From Vulcanimicrobiaceae bacterium (GTDB lineage Bacteria > Vulcanimicrobiota > Vulcanimicrobiia > Vulcanimicrobiales > Vulcanimicrobiaceae): 64,000 bases of DNA. The position numbers and the translations under genes are program-made. Of the stretch, positions 45,046 to 54,161 are shown in pieces (position 1 is the first letter of the stretch; each line of letters starts with the position of its first letter). The stretch covers positions 50,180-114,179 of the forward strand of contig JBKQHO010000007.1 of NCBI GenBank assembly GCA_052267165.1. The letters run 5' to 3'. Below the pieces are notes generated by a model. It saw only the letters and a program-made list of their open reading frames with translations. It made no database searches and was not told the DNA's origin.

Positions 45046-46905
45046 ATGCGCGCGTTCGGAGTGGCGGCGACGGCGGCCGTCGCGCTGGCGGCCGCCGTGC
45101 TGGGAGCCTTCGCCCTCGTCCACGGCGGCACGCTGCCGGTCGAGTACGAAGGGCCGGTCCCGGCGTTGGCCCTCACGTTCGGCGTAACGCCGCTGGGCGG
45201 GGTCTTTTGCGTGCTGCTCGCGCTCCTCGATACGGCCGTCGCGCTGTGGAGCGTGCTGCGCGGGAGCGCGCTCGACGCGCTCCTGATCGCTGCTTTCAGC
45301 GCGTCGATGCTGCTCGTGCTGTGCGCGCAGAGCGTGGCGGTCTTCTTCTTCGCTTGGGAGACGATGGCGCTGCTCTCGGCCTTCCTGATCGCGGCGCATC
45401 ACGAGCGGCGCAGCGTGCGGCGCGCGACCGCGCTCTATCTGCTCGTCTCGCAGACGGGCGCGGCTTGCGTGTTGGTCTCCCTCGTGCTGCTCGCGTATCA
45501 GGCCGGCTCGCCGTCGTTCTACGTCATCGCGCAGGGCGCGCCGCTGCTCCCCGCCGGGATCCGCAACGCCGCGATCGCCTTCGCGCTGGTCGGCTTTGGT
45601 TCGAAAGCGGGCTTCGTGCCGCTCCACTTCTGGCTGCCGCGCGCGCACCCGGTCGCCCCGCCGCACGCCTCGGCGTTGCTCTCGGGAGTGATGCTCAAGG
45701 TCGCGCTCTACGGACTGGCGACCGCGACCCTGACGCTGGCAGCTCCGGTGCCGCTGGCCTGGGGGATCGCGATCGTCGCGATCGGAACGGCCAGCGCGGT
45801 CGCGGGCGTGCTCTATGCGGTCGTCGACCGCGACCTCAAACGGCTGCTGGCTTATTCGTCGGTCGAGAACGCGGGGATCGTCGCGATCGGACTCGGCGCA
45901 GCGCTGGTCGCCGGCGCCGAAGGGCTGCCGGCGGTCGCAGCGCTCGCGCTGACCGCCGCGCTCTTTCACGCCTTCAATCACGGGCTCTTCAAAGGGCTGC
46001 TCTTCTTGGGCGCGGGCGCCGTCGCGGACAGCGAAGGAACGGTCGACCTCGAGAAGCTCGGCGGTCTGCGCGAGCACATGGTCTGGACCGCGCCGGCCTT
46101 CTTGGTCGGCTGCGCCGCGATCGCGGGCCTGCCGCCGTTCAACGGCTTCGCCTCGGAATGGCTGACGTTCCAGAGCTTGGCGGCGGAGCTGATCGCGCGC
46201 GACGCCGCAGCCAAGGTCGCGACGCTCGGTGCGCTCGCCGGTCTCGCGCTCGCCGGCGGACTTGCGGTAGCCTGCTTCGCGCGCGTCTACGGGATCGCGT
46301 TCTTGGGCAAGCCGCGCCGCGCGTACGCCAAACCGCCCGTGCGGGAACGCGCCGATGCGCCGGCGGCCGCGCTCGTTATGCTGGCCGCGCTGTGCGCGCT
46401 CTTCGGCGTGCTGCCGGGGCTCGCGCTCGGGCCGCTCGGGCGCGTCGCGGCGTCCGTCCTCGACGTGCCGGCGCCGTCGTTTCCCTCGCTGCCGATCCTG
46501 CCCGCGACGCTCGCGTTGCTGCCGTTGCTCGGCGCGCTCGCGGCCGTCTCGCTGGCCGCGCGGCGCGGCGTGCGCAGCGTTCCGACCTGGACCTGCGGGT
46601 CGCCCGTCACGCCCGCGGCGGCCTACACCGCGACCGCCTTCGCGAAGCCCTTGCGGCGCATCTTCGCCTTCGTGCTTGCCCCCGAATCGCTGCGCACACT
46701 CGAAGGCGGCGACTCGCCTTGGTTTCCGCAGCGCATCGTCTATCAAACCGACAGCCGCTATCTGATCGACGAGACGGCGCGGCGCTTCGCGGCGCTCGCC
46801 TTCCGCGTCGTGCGCCGTTCTAAATTGGTGCAGAGTGGCAGCCTGCGGCTCTACCTAGCCTACGCCGTCGGCGCGCTGATCCTGACCGTGGTGGCCGCGC
46901 GATGA
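45046..46905 (+). CDS. group-4 hydrogenase antiporter-like membrane subunit (HyfB/HycC/NuoL-like)
   Basis: 619 aa polytopic. ...GFGSKAGFVPLHFWLPRAHPVAPPHASALLSGVMLK... proton-pump signature. Confidence 0.85.
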   Translation: MRAFGVAATAAVALAAAVLGAFALVHGGTLPVEYEGPVPALALTFGVTPLGGVFCVLLALLDTAVALWSVLRGSALDALLIAAFSASMLLVLCAQSVAVFFFAWETMALLSAFLIAAHHERRSVRRATALYLLVSQTGAACVLVSLVLLAYQAGSPSFYVIAQGAPLLPAGIRNAAIAFALVGFGSKAGFVPLHFWLPRAHPVAPPHASALLSGVMLKVALYGLATATLTLAAPVPLAWGIAIVAIGTASAVAGVLYAVVDRDLKRLLAYSSVENAGIVAIGLGAALVAGAEGLPAVAALALTAALFHAFNHGLFKGLLFLGAGAVADSEGTVDLEKLGGLREHMVWTAPAFLVGCAAIAGLPPFNGFASEWLTFQSLAAELIARDAAAKVATLGALAGLALAGGLAVACFARVYGIAFLGKPRRAYAKPPVRERADAPAAALVMLAALCALFGVLPGLALGPLGRVAASVLDVPAPSFPSLPILPATLALLPLLGALAAVSLAARRGVRSVPTWTCGSPVTPAAAYTATAFAKPLRRIFAFVLAPESLRTLEGGDSPWFPQRIVYQTDSRYLIDETARRFAALAFRVVRRSKLVQSGSLRLYLAYAVGALILTVVAAR

Positions 46906-47792
46906 GCGCGATTTCGATCGCGGCGATGCTGCTCCAAGTCGTCGCGATCGTCGCGCTCGCACCGCTGGTACAAGGAACGATGAAGCTCCTGCGCGCGCGG
47001 TTGCAAGGCCGCCCCGGAGCTTCGCCTCTCCAGCCGTACCGCGATCTCGCCAAGCTCTGGCAGAAAGAGGCGCTGCTGCCCGCGGGCGTCTCGTTCGTCA
47101 CGCTGGCCGCGCCGGGCGTGGTGCTCGGCGTCGCGCTCACCTTCGTCGCCGCGTTGCCGCTCGGCCCGCGCGGCGGCATCGCTTCGTTCGCCGACGCGGT
47201 CGCGCTCGTTCTGTTGCTGGCGCTGGGCCGGTTTGCGCTGATCCTGGCCGCGCTGGACACGCGCAGCTCCTTCAGCGGCATGGCGGCGAGCCGCGAGGCG
47301 ACCTTCGGCGCCCTGGTCGAGCCGGCGCTGCTGCTTTCGCTGCTCGGCGCCGCGGCGATGGGCGGCGGCACGAAGCTGTCGGCCCTCGCCGCGCTGCCGC
47401 TCACGCCGGCCTCGGTGCTGGCCTTCGCGGCCTTCTTTCTCGTCTCGCTGGCCGAGACGGCCCGCGTGCCGATCGACAACCAGGAGACGCACTACGAGCT
47501 GACCATGATCCACGAAGGTTTGGTCCTCGAGTATTCCGGCTGGCAGCTGGCGCTGTTGCAGGGCGCAGCCTATGTCAAGCAGGTCGGCTTTCTGTTGCTG
47601 GCCGGAATGCTGCTGCCGGGGCCGGCCTGGTGGGCGCACGCGGGCTGGGCGCTGGCGATCGCCTGCGGCATCACGCTGGTCGAGACCGCGCTCGCGAAGC
47701 TGCGTTTGTTCGAGGTGCCGCAGGTACTGGGGACGGCCTTCATTCTCGCCGCGACCAGCATCGGGCTGCGCTTCTTCGGGGGGATGCCGTGA
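46902..47792 (+). CDS. group-4 hydrogenase NuoH-like membrane subunit (HyfC/HycD-like)
   Basis: 296 aa. AETARVPIDNQETHYELTMIHEG motif. ATGA overlap upstream. Confidence 0.85.
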   Translation: MSAISIAAMLLQVVAIVALAPLVQGTMKLLRARLQGRPGASPLQPYRDLAKLWQKEALLPAGVSFVTLAAPGVVLGVALTFVAALPLGPRGGIASFADAVALVLLLALGRFALILAALDTRSSFSGMAASREATFGALVEPALLLSLLGAAAMGGGTKLSALAALPLTPASVLAFAAFFLVSLAETARVPIDNQETHYELTMIHEGLVLEYSGWQLALLQGAAYVKQVGFLLLAGMLLPGPAWWAHAGWALAIACGITLVETALAKLRLFEVPQVLGTAFILAATSIGLRFFGGMP

Positions 47793-48400
47793 GCGTCGAG
47801 CTCCTCGTGCTGCTGGCAGGCGCCGTCCTGATCGTCAGCGCGCGCACCCTCTTCGTCCTGGCCGCCTACGTCGTGCTGGCGGTGACGGCCAGCGTCCTAA
47901 TCTTTCCCTCGGTGCTCGCCTCGCCGGTCGCGCTCGCATTCTTCGTGGTCACCACGCTGATGAAAGTGGTCGTCGCTCCGCTCGGGGTGATCCTGTTCTT
48001 GCGCGGCAACCCGACGGCGGCGGACCTGCGCCCCTCGCTCACGCTGCCCATGCGCCTGCTGCTGGCGATCGGCTTCGCGCTCATCTCGGCAGCGGTCTCG
48101 CACATTCCCGCGCTCAGTGCGATCCCGCTACAACGGCTCGTCGCCTACGTCGTGCTGTGCGGCGTGGGGACCCTCGTGGTGCACCGCAACGTTCTCTCGA
48201 ACATCCTGGGCCTGCTGGCGCTGGGCGCCGGGGTCACGCTGGCCGGCGCCGCGCTTGCACCCCAGCTGCCGGAATCGGTCGAGCTCGGCGCGACCTTCGA
48301 CGCGCTCGTCGGCACCTTCATCGGGCTCGCGCTGATCCGCGAGTTCGCGGCCCACCATCCCGCGCTCGACGTCGAGTCGTTACGGCGATTGCGCGGATGA
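47789..48400 (+). CDS. HyfE-like small membrane subunit
   Basis: 203 aa, about 6 TM. HRNVLSNILGLLALGAGVTL...ELGATFDALVG resembles hydrogenase-4 component E. GTGA overlap upstream. Confidence 0.7.
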   Translation: MSVELLVLLAGAVLIVSARTLFVLAAYVVLAVTASVLIFPSVLASPVALAFFVVTTLMKVVVAPLGVILFLRGNPTAADLRPSLTLPMRLLLAIGFALISAAVSHIPALSAIPLQRLVAYVVLCGVGTLVVHRNVLSNILGLLALGAGVTLAGAALAPQLPESVELGATFDALVGTFIGLALIREFAAHHPALDVESLRRLRG

Positions 48401-49857
48401 TACTGCAAGCCAACGCGATCCTCGCGCCGCTGCTTGCGTCGCTGCTCCCGCTGTTCTTCCGGCCCGGCGGCCCGCGGCGCAACGCGCGCCTGACCCTCAG
48501 CACCGTCGCCGCGCTGCTGCCGGTGACGTTGGTCGGCCGCGTCGACGGACTCTCGCTCGGCTTCGCCGCGCTGGTCTCGATCATCGCGCTGCTGGCGACA
48601 TGGTTCTCTTCGGGCGGCGCGGCCTTCGCCCATCGCGTCGGCGACATCGTCGGCGACCCGCTCGAGGCCGCGGCCTGGTCGCGCGTCTCAGTCTACTTCG
48701 CGCTGCTGGGCGCGTTTTGGAGCGCGATGCTGCTCGTCGTGCTCGCGACCAATTTCACGGTGCTGTGGCTGGGCATCTCGGCGACGACGCTGGCGACCGC
48801 GTTTCTGGTCGGCTTCGCAAGCGAGTCGGCATCGCTCGAAGCGGCCTGGAAATATCTGGTGCTCTGCAGCGTCGGCATCGCCTTCGCGCTGCTCGGCATG
48901 CTGGTGCTGGCGCACGTCTCGCTGGCAGCCGGAATCGCGCCCGCGGACGCCCTCTCGTGGAACGCGATCGCGACCCATGCGCCCGCCGATCCGCCGCCGC
49001 TCGCCCGGCTCGCCGTCGCACTCATGCTGATCGGCTTCGCCACCAAGGCGGGTCTCGTTCCGATGCACTCGTGGCTCCCCGACGCGCACTCCAAGGCGCC
49101 CGCGCCGGTCAGCGGCCTGCTTTCGGGCGTGCTCGTCTCGTGCGCGCTCTATGCGATCATTCGCACGCTCGAAGTCGCCAAGGTGCTCGGCGCCGAGCCG
49201 CTCGCGCACACGATCCTGTTGACCGTCGGCGCGCTCTCGACGGTCTTCGCGGGCACCCTGATGCTGGGACAGACCGAGCTCAAACGTCTGCTGGCCTATT
49301 CGACGATCGAACACGCGGGGATCGTCGCCCTCGCGCTCGGCTTCGGCGGACCGTTCGGCCGGCTCGCGGCGCTCGTGCACATCATCGCGCACGCCTTCGC
49401 GAAATCGGCCGCCTTCTTCACGGCGGGCCTGGTGCTCCGCCGCGAAGGGACGACGTCGCTCAACGAGCTGCACGGTCTGTGGCGCTCGGGCACGGGCGGA
49501 CGAATGCTGCTCGCGACGATGACGGCGCTGGGCGGAATGCCGCCGTTCGGAATCTTCGTCAGCGAGCTGCTGGTGGTGATGGCGGGCGTGATCGCGCGCC
49601 AGTGGCTTCCGCTGGCGGCCGGACTCGTCGGCGTGGCGCTGGCCTTCACCGCGCTTTCGCGCGCCGCGATCGAGATCGAGTCGGGCAACCCGCACCCGCG
49701 CAAGAGCGCCCAAAGCGGACCGCTACGAACGCCGCTTTCGACCGGTGCGGCCGCGGTCGCGCTCGCGGGCGCATTCGCAGCCGCCTTCGTGCCCTGGACC
49801 GCGCTCGGCAGCGTGCTCCTCTCGGCGGCGACCGCGGTCGCGGGACAGGCGCCGTGA
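48397..49857 (+). CDS. group-4 hydrogenase antiporter-like membrane subunit (HyfF/HyfD/NuoN-M-like)
   Basis: 486 aa. GFATKAGLVPMHSWLPDAHSKAPAPVSGLLSGVL signature. ATGA overlap upstream. Confidence 0.85.
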   Translation: MILQANAILAPLLASLLPLFFRPGGPRRNARLTLSTVAALLPVTLVGRVDGLSLGFAALVSIIALLATWFSSGGAAFAHRVGDIVGDPLEAAAWSRVSVYFALLGAFWSAMLLVVLATNFTVLWLGISATTLATAFLVGFASESASLEAAWKYLVLCSVGIAFALLGMLVLAHVSLAAGIAPADALSWNAIATHAPADPPPLARLAVALMLIGFATKAGLVPMHSWLPDAHSKAPAPVSGLLSGVLVSCALYAIIRTLEVAKVLGAEPLAHTILLTVGALSTVFAGTLMLGQTELKRLLAYSTIEHAGIVALALGFGGPFGRLAALVHIIAHAFAKSAAFFTAGLVLRREGTTSLNELHGLWRSGTGGRMLLATMTALGGMPPFGIFVSELLVVMAGVIARQWLPLAAGLVGVALAFTALSRAAIEIESGNPHPRKSAQSGPLRTPLSTGAAAVALAGAFAAAFVPWTALGSVLLSAATAVAGQAP

Positions 49858-51311
49858 GCGGCATCTTTTCGAGCAAGCCGGAGGCCGAGGCGCTCGGGGT
49901 GTCGACGCAAGCCCGCCGCCAGGCGCACACGGCCGGCGAGGACGCGATCGAGATTCGCTGTCGCGAAGGCATGCCGCTGGGCGCCTACGCCGCGGCCGGC
50001 GTCGCGCGCTACGTGTTCCTCGAGCCCGGCGGAGCGTTCGCGGTCTCGCTGCCGCTCGAATTCGGCGCTCCGCTGCACTCGTTCGCCAACACCGTGCCGC
50101 TCTTCGCGTGGGACGAACGCGAGATGGCCGACGAGCGCGGGGTGCGCTTCACCGACTTGCCTGACGCTCGTCCGTTTCGCGCGCACGGCGGCGTGATGCC
50201 GCCCGCCGTCGTGGCCAGCGGTACGGGTTTGATGCACTTCGTCGTCGGTCCGGTGCACGCCGGGATCATCGAGCCCGGCCGCTTCACCTTCAGCTCGGGC
50301 GGCGAGAGCGTCGTCTATCTCGACGCGCAGCTCGGCTACGGTCACCGCGGCGTCGAACGTGCGCTCGAAGGCCAGCCCGCGCTCGCTGCCGCGCGGCGCG
50401 TCGGGCGAATCTGCGGCGGCTGCAGCGCAGCCCGCTCGCACGCCTATGCGCTCGCTCTCGAGAATCTCGCTCGGGTCACGCTTGCACCCGAGGTCGAGCT
50501 GGGACGGCTCGTCATCTGCGAGCTCGAGCGGATCTACAACCACCTCGCCGACCTCGCCGCCTCCGCCTCGGCGGCCGGCTGGGCGCCCGGCTTCGCAAAC
50601 GGTATGGCACTGAAGGAACGCGCGATGCGCGCCTGCGCGAACGCTTCGGGACACCGCTTGCTGTTCGATGCGATCGTCCCGGGCGGACTCGGCCCAGGGG
50701 TATTGGCGGCGCCGGAAGCGCTGCGCCGCGAGCTGGGCCTGCTCGCCGACGACGTGGAACGGTACGTCGGCGGCCTGTTCGGAAACGGTTCGGTCGTCTC
50801 GCGTTGGCTGCACGCGGGCGTCGTGACGCACGAGATCGCGCGCGCGTTCGGTGCGGTCGGCCCGGCGCATCGCGGCTCGCACGGCGAACGCGACGTGCGG
50901 CGCTTCGCGCCGTACGGCGCGTACCGGCGACTGCCGGTTACGGTCGCAACCCACGCGGGCGGTGACGTCTTCTCGCGCTGTTCGGTCAAGCGCGACGAGC
51001 TACACGAGTCGTTTCGGCTCGTCGAGGAGGCGCTCTCGCTGCTCGGCGACGCGCTCCCCGGCAGCGCGAACGTCACGCGGGAAGTCGCGCCCCGCAGCGG
51101 CGCCGTGCTCTCGGTGGTCGAAGGTCCGCGCGGCGCGGAGTTGCTCGCCGTCCACGTCGACGAAGGCGCACGGCTCGAGCGGCTGCACGCGATCTCGGCC
51201 TCGTACCGCAACTGGCCGCTCGTCGTGCGTGCCATGGAGGGCAATATCGTGCCGGATTTCCCGCTGGTCAACAAGAGCTTCAACCTCTGCTACGCGTGCG
51301 TGGACCGATGA
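49854..51311 (+). CDS. [NiFe]-hydrogenase group-4 large subunit, NuoC-NuoD fusion type (HycE/HyfG-like)
   Basis: 485 aa. NuoC-like WDEREMADERGVRF. NuoD-like GPVHAGIIEPGRFTF. N-terminal Ni-ligand pair RICGGCSAARSH. C-terminal pair in NLCYACVDR, followed immediately by the stop. GTGA overlap upstream. Confidence 0.85.
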   Translation: MSGIFSSKPEAEALGVSTQARRQAHTAGEDAIEIRCREGMPLGAYAAAGVARYVFLEPGGAFAVSLPLEFGAPLHSFANTVPLFAWDEREMADERGVRFTDLPDARPFRAHGGVMPPAVVASGTGLMHFVVGPVHAGIIEPGRFTFSSGGESVVYLDAQLGYGHRGVERALEGQPALAAARRVGRICGGCSAARSHAYALALENLARVTLAPEVELGRLVICELERIYNHLADLAASASAAGWAPGFANGMALKERAMRACANASGHRLLFDAIVPGGLGPGVLAAPEALRRELGLLADDVERYVGGLFGNGSVVSRWLHAGVVTHEIARAFGAVGPAHRGSHGERDVRRFAPYGAYRRLPVTVATHAGGDVFSRCSVKRDELHESFRLVEEALSLLGDALPGSANVTREVAPRSGAVLSVVEGPRGAELLAVHVDEGARLERLHAISASYRNWPLVVRAMEGNIVPDFPLVNKSFNLCYACVDR

Positions 51312-51712
51312 GCGCCTACCGCCGTTCGCTCGGCATCCGGCACCTCGTCTGCGGCAGCTGTAACGGTTGCGAGCACGAGATGAACGCGCTCAACAACGCC
51401 TTCTACGACATCACGCAAGAGGGTTGGGACATCGTCGCCTCGCCCCGTCATGCCGACGTGGTGACCGTGACCGGCCCGCAGACGCAGGCGATGCGCGAGC
51501 CCGCGCGAGAGACGCTCGCAGCGACGCCGCGCCCGTACGTCGTCGTCGCCGTCGGCGACTGCGCGGCCGGCGAAGGACCGTGGAGCGACGCGCCGGAGGC
51601 CGGCCGGGGCGCGGTGCTCGAGCTCGGCGCGCAGGTCGTCGTGAGCGGCTGTCCGCCCGAGCCGCAAGCGATCATCGCCGGCCTGCGCGAAGCCGCCGAG
51701 CGCCTCGGTTAA
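51308..51712 (+). CDS. [NiFe]-hydrogenase group-4 small subunit (NuoB/HycG/HyfI-like)
   Basis: 134 aa. CGSCNGCEHE, SPRHADVVTVTGP, VGDCA and SGCPPEP motifs ([4Fe-4S] ligands). ATGA overlap upstream. Confidence 0.85.
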   Translation: MSAYRRSLGIRHLVCGSCNGCEHEMNALNNAFYDITQEGWDIVASPRHADVVTVTGPQTQAMREPARETLAATPRPYVVVAVGDCAAGEGPWSDAPEAGRGAVLELGAQVVVSGCPPEPQAIIAGLREAAERLG

Positions 51713-51725
51713 GCTTTCGCGCCGT

Positions 51726-52418
51726 TCAGGGAGTGCTGCAGCCCGAAGCGCCGGGCAGATTCACGACCGAACCGGCGACCACCGCGCCCGACGGGAACCA
51801 GAACTCGAGCCCGCCGCCCGGCTCGTCAAACGCCGGCGCGACGACGCCCATGTACGCGCGCACGCCGTCGTGAACGCTCGCGGCATACGCCATGCAGAGC
51901 GGCGTATCCGTCAACGCGAGCTTGGCGCGAATCGCGTCGCCGTTCATCAGCCGCGAGCCGTCGCTGACCGTCGCGAGGGTCGTCCACCACGAGCCGCTCT
52001 GCGCCGTTACGGCCCGGGTCGAGACGCGCACGAGCCCCGTCGCGCCGTGGAAGGTTCGGTCGAAGCGCTGTGTGACGAAATGGACGACCTCGGTCCCCGG
52101 CAAGAACGCGGGATAAAGCACGCCGCCTAATTCGCCGTTGAGGCGCCGCGCCGATTCGAGCTCGATCTCGGTCGCGCCGCCCTCGAACAGCTGCTGGTAG
52201 ACCGCGCACAGCAGCGAGCCATAGTCCGTCGTCCCGCCGGTCTTGATATCGGGATCGGCAAGACAGCCTGGAATAGGCGGCCACGGCCAAGCCGGCGCGG
52301 GCGAGGTCGCGGCGGGAGCCGTCTGCGCCGTCGCGTTTCCGGCACACGCAAACGCGAACGCGGCTACGGCTACAGCTACGGCGAGCGGAACGACGCGCAG
52401 CCTCTCCATGCTTGTCAC
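51726..52418 (-). CDS. secreted hypothetical protein
   Basis: 230 aa. Signal peptide ...VPLAVAVAVAAFAFACAGNATA; 4 further Cys in the mature part. No family recognised. Convergent with the hydrogenase operon (13-nt gap). Confidence 0.55.
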   Translation of the reverse strand: MTSMERLRVVPLAVAVAVAAFAFACAGNATAQTAPAATSPAPAWPWPPIPGCLADPDIKTGGTTDYGSLLCAVYQQLFEGGATEIELESARRLNGELGGVLYPAFLPGTEVVHFVTQRFDRTFHGATGLVRVSTRAVTAQSGSWWTTLATVSDGSRLMNGDAIRAKLALTDTPLCMAYAASVHDGVRAYMGVVAPAFDEPGGGLEFWFPSGAVVAGSVVNLPGASGCSTP

Positions 52419-52554
52419 CTCCGGCCGTGCTTAACTCGCGGCGGATTCGCGCGAGCCTTACGCGTTACCTAGCGCCCCGACTTTGGTCTCCTGCGCTATT
52501 TGCCCGTAGCGCAAAACACTCGCTCTCGCTTTCCATCACCCGATCTCTCGGGGC

Positions 52555-54060
52555 TTATTTTGTCGGCACGCCGGGAGGCACCGGGTTTCCGTTCGTCAGA
52601 ATGTGCGGCGTGACGATGATGTAGAGGTTCGTCAGCTTGCTCTGGTCGTGCCGCACGCGGAAGAGCCAGCCGATCAGGGGTATATCGCCGATCCCCGGGA
52701 CCTTCGAGAGCGAGCTCAGTTCGTCGTTCTGCAAGAGACCGCCAATCACGAACGACTCTCCGTCTTTGACCGTGGCCGTCGTGGTCGCCTCGCGCTGGCT
52801 CAGCGTAGGATAACCTTGCTGGTAGCCGGTGACGCTCGAGACTTCCGAGAAGACGTGCGAGGTGACGTAACCGTCGCTGCTGATCCGCGGCTCGATCTGC
52901 AGATTGACGCCGACGTTGACGTACTGCACCTGCTGCGACACCGCGTTGACGCCCGAGACGGCGATCGAGGTGACGATCGGCAACGCGTCGCCGGTCAAGA
53001 TCTGAGCCGAGCTGCCGTTCTGTGCAACGATGCGCGGGCGCGCGATCGTCGTCCCTTCCCCCTTCGAGATCTGGGCGTAGACGGCCGCCTGGAGATTGAG
53101 AACGCCAGTGCTGCCGTTCTGATTTTGGAGCTGGTAGGTCGCGGAAGCGACCTCACCGTTTCCGTTGGTGAAATCGATGCCGATGTCGTGCGCTGCCGAG
53201 TCGGTGAGCTCGACGATCTGCGTCTCGAGGACGACGCTGGGCAAGGGAATGTCGATCTTCTCGATCTTCTCTTTGAGGCTCGCGATCAGATCCGGCGGCC
53301 CGGTCAGCACGATCGCATTGAGCCGCCGGTCGATGCCGATGTTGTCGTTGACGAGCTGTCCCACCGCCGTGCCCGCGCCGCCGCTCTGCGCCAGCGTTTG
53401 CGTCGTGAGCGGCGAACTGAGCCCGTTCAGGCCTCCGAAGCCCCCGAAGCCCGACGCGCCCGCTGCTCCAAAGCTTTGCTGTTGTGGGGTGAACGAGTCG
53501 TTCGAGGGGAGCTGCTGTCCCGACACGAGCAGGCCGACGACCTCGCTCACGTCGGCGTATTTCAGCGGCACGACCTCCATGTCGGCGCCGCTCGCGAGCG
53601 CCGGCGCTGCCTGCGGCGAGGGCGACGCCAGCGCAGCCGCGCCGAACGGTGCCGGCGCATTGCCCGCCGCCTGCAAGTTCGCCACCAGGCTCTGGCCGCT
53701 TCCGGTCGTTAGATTGAGATTCGTCGGTTCGCTGAGGTGGAACACGACGCTGGTGCTGTCGCCGAGCGCCTCGAGGGTGATGCTGCGCAGCGAGTTCTTG
53801 CCCGCGATCGAGGTCGCCGCGTTGGGCGCCCGCGTCGTGCCGACCAGGACGACCGAGATCTCGTTCGTCCCGTTGCCGTAGATGCGATACTGCGGGACGC
53901 CATTGTCGAAGACGAGCGTCGCTTTCGCGGGCTGGCCCGCCGCAAGCTCGGCGCGCACGCTGACCAGCGCCGTCGCCTGCGCCCGCCCGGCGACGCTCGA
54001 GAGCAACGACAGCGCCGCCGTCAGCGCGGCCGCGCACGATCTGATCGCGAGTCGGTTCAT
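52555..54060 (-). CDS. secretin (PilQ/GspD family) with N-terminal AMIN-like domain
   Basis: Signal peptide MNRLAIRSCAAALTAALSLLSSVAGRAQA. Secretin C-domain ends ...LSKVPGIGDIPLIGWLFR...LYIIVTPHIL. Start at the internal Met (54060). Confidence 0.85.
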   Translation of the reverse strand: MNRLAIRSCAAALTAALSLLSSVAGRAQATALVSVRAELAAGQPAKATLVFDNGVPQYRIYGNGTNEISVVLVGTTRAPNAATSIAGKNSLRSITLEALGDSTSVVFHLSEPTNLNLTTGSGQSLVANLQAAGNAPAPFGAAALASPSPQAAPALASGADMEVVPLKYADVSEVVGLLVSGQQLPSNDSFTPQQQSFGAAGASGFGGFGGLNGLSSPLTTQTLAQSGGAGTAVGQLVNDNIGIDRRLNAIVLTGPPDLIASLKEKIEKIDIPLPSVVLETQIVELTDSAAHDIGIDFTNGNGEVASATYQLQNQNGSTGVLNLQAAVYAQISKGEGTTIARPRIVAQNGSSAQILTGDALPIVTSIAVSGVNAVSQQVQYVNVGVNLQIEPRISSDGYVTSHVFSEVSSVTGYQQGYPTLSQREATTTATVKDGESFVIGGLLQNDELSSLSKVPGIGDIPLIGWLFRVRHDQSKLTNLYIIVTPHILTNGNPVPPGVPTK

Positions 54061-54161
54061 CTGGCGTTCTTTCACTGGGGTGAATGCAAAAAGGTACCCG
54101 AGGCGCGCAACGCAGCGCACGCCTCGGGCACCCGGTCTGTTATCGGGGAGGCTTCAGGACG

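Noticed and set aside
44604-46823. 739-aa (+) and 595-aa (-, 44959-46746) ORFs across the first hydrogenase membrane subunit
   Set aside because: Extremely Arg-rich translations. The third frame gives a convincing polytopic antiporter-like protein.
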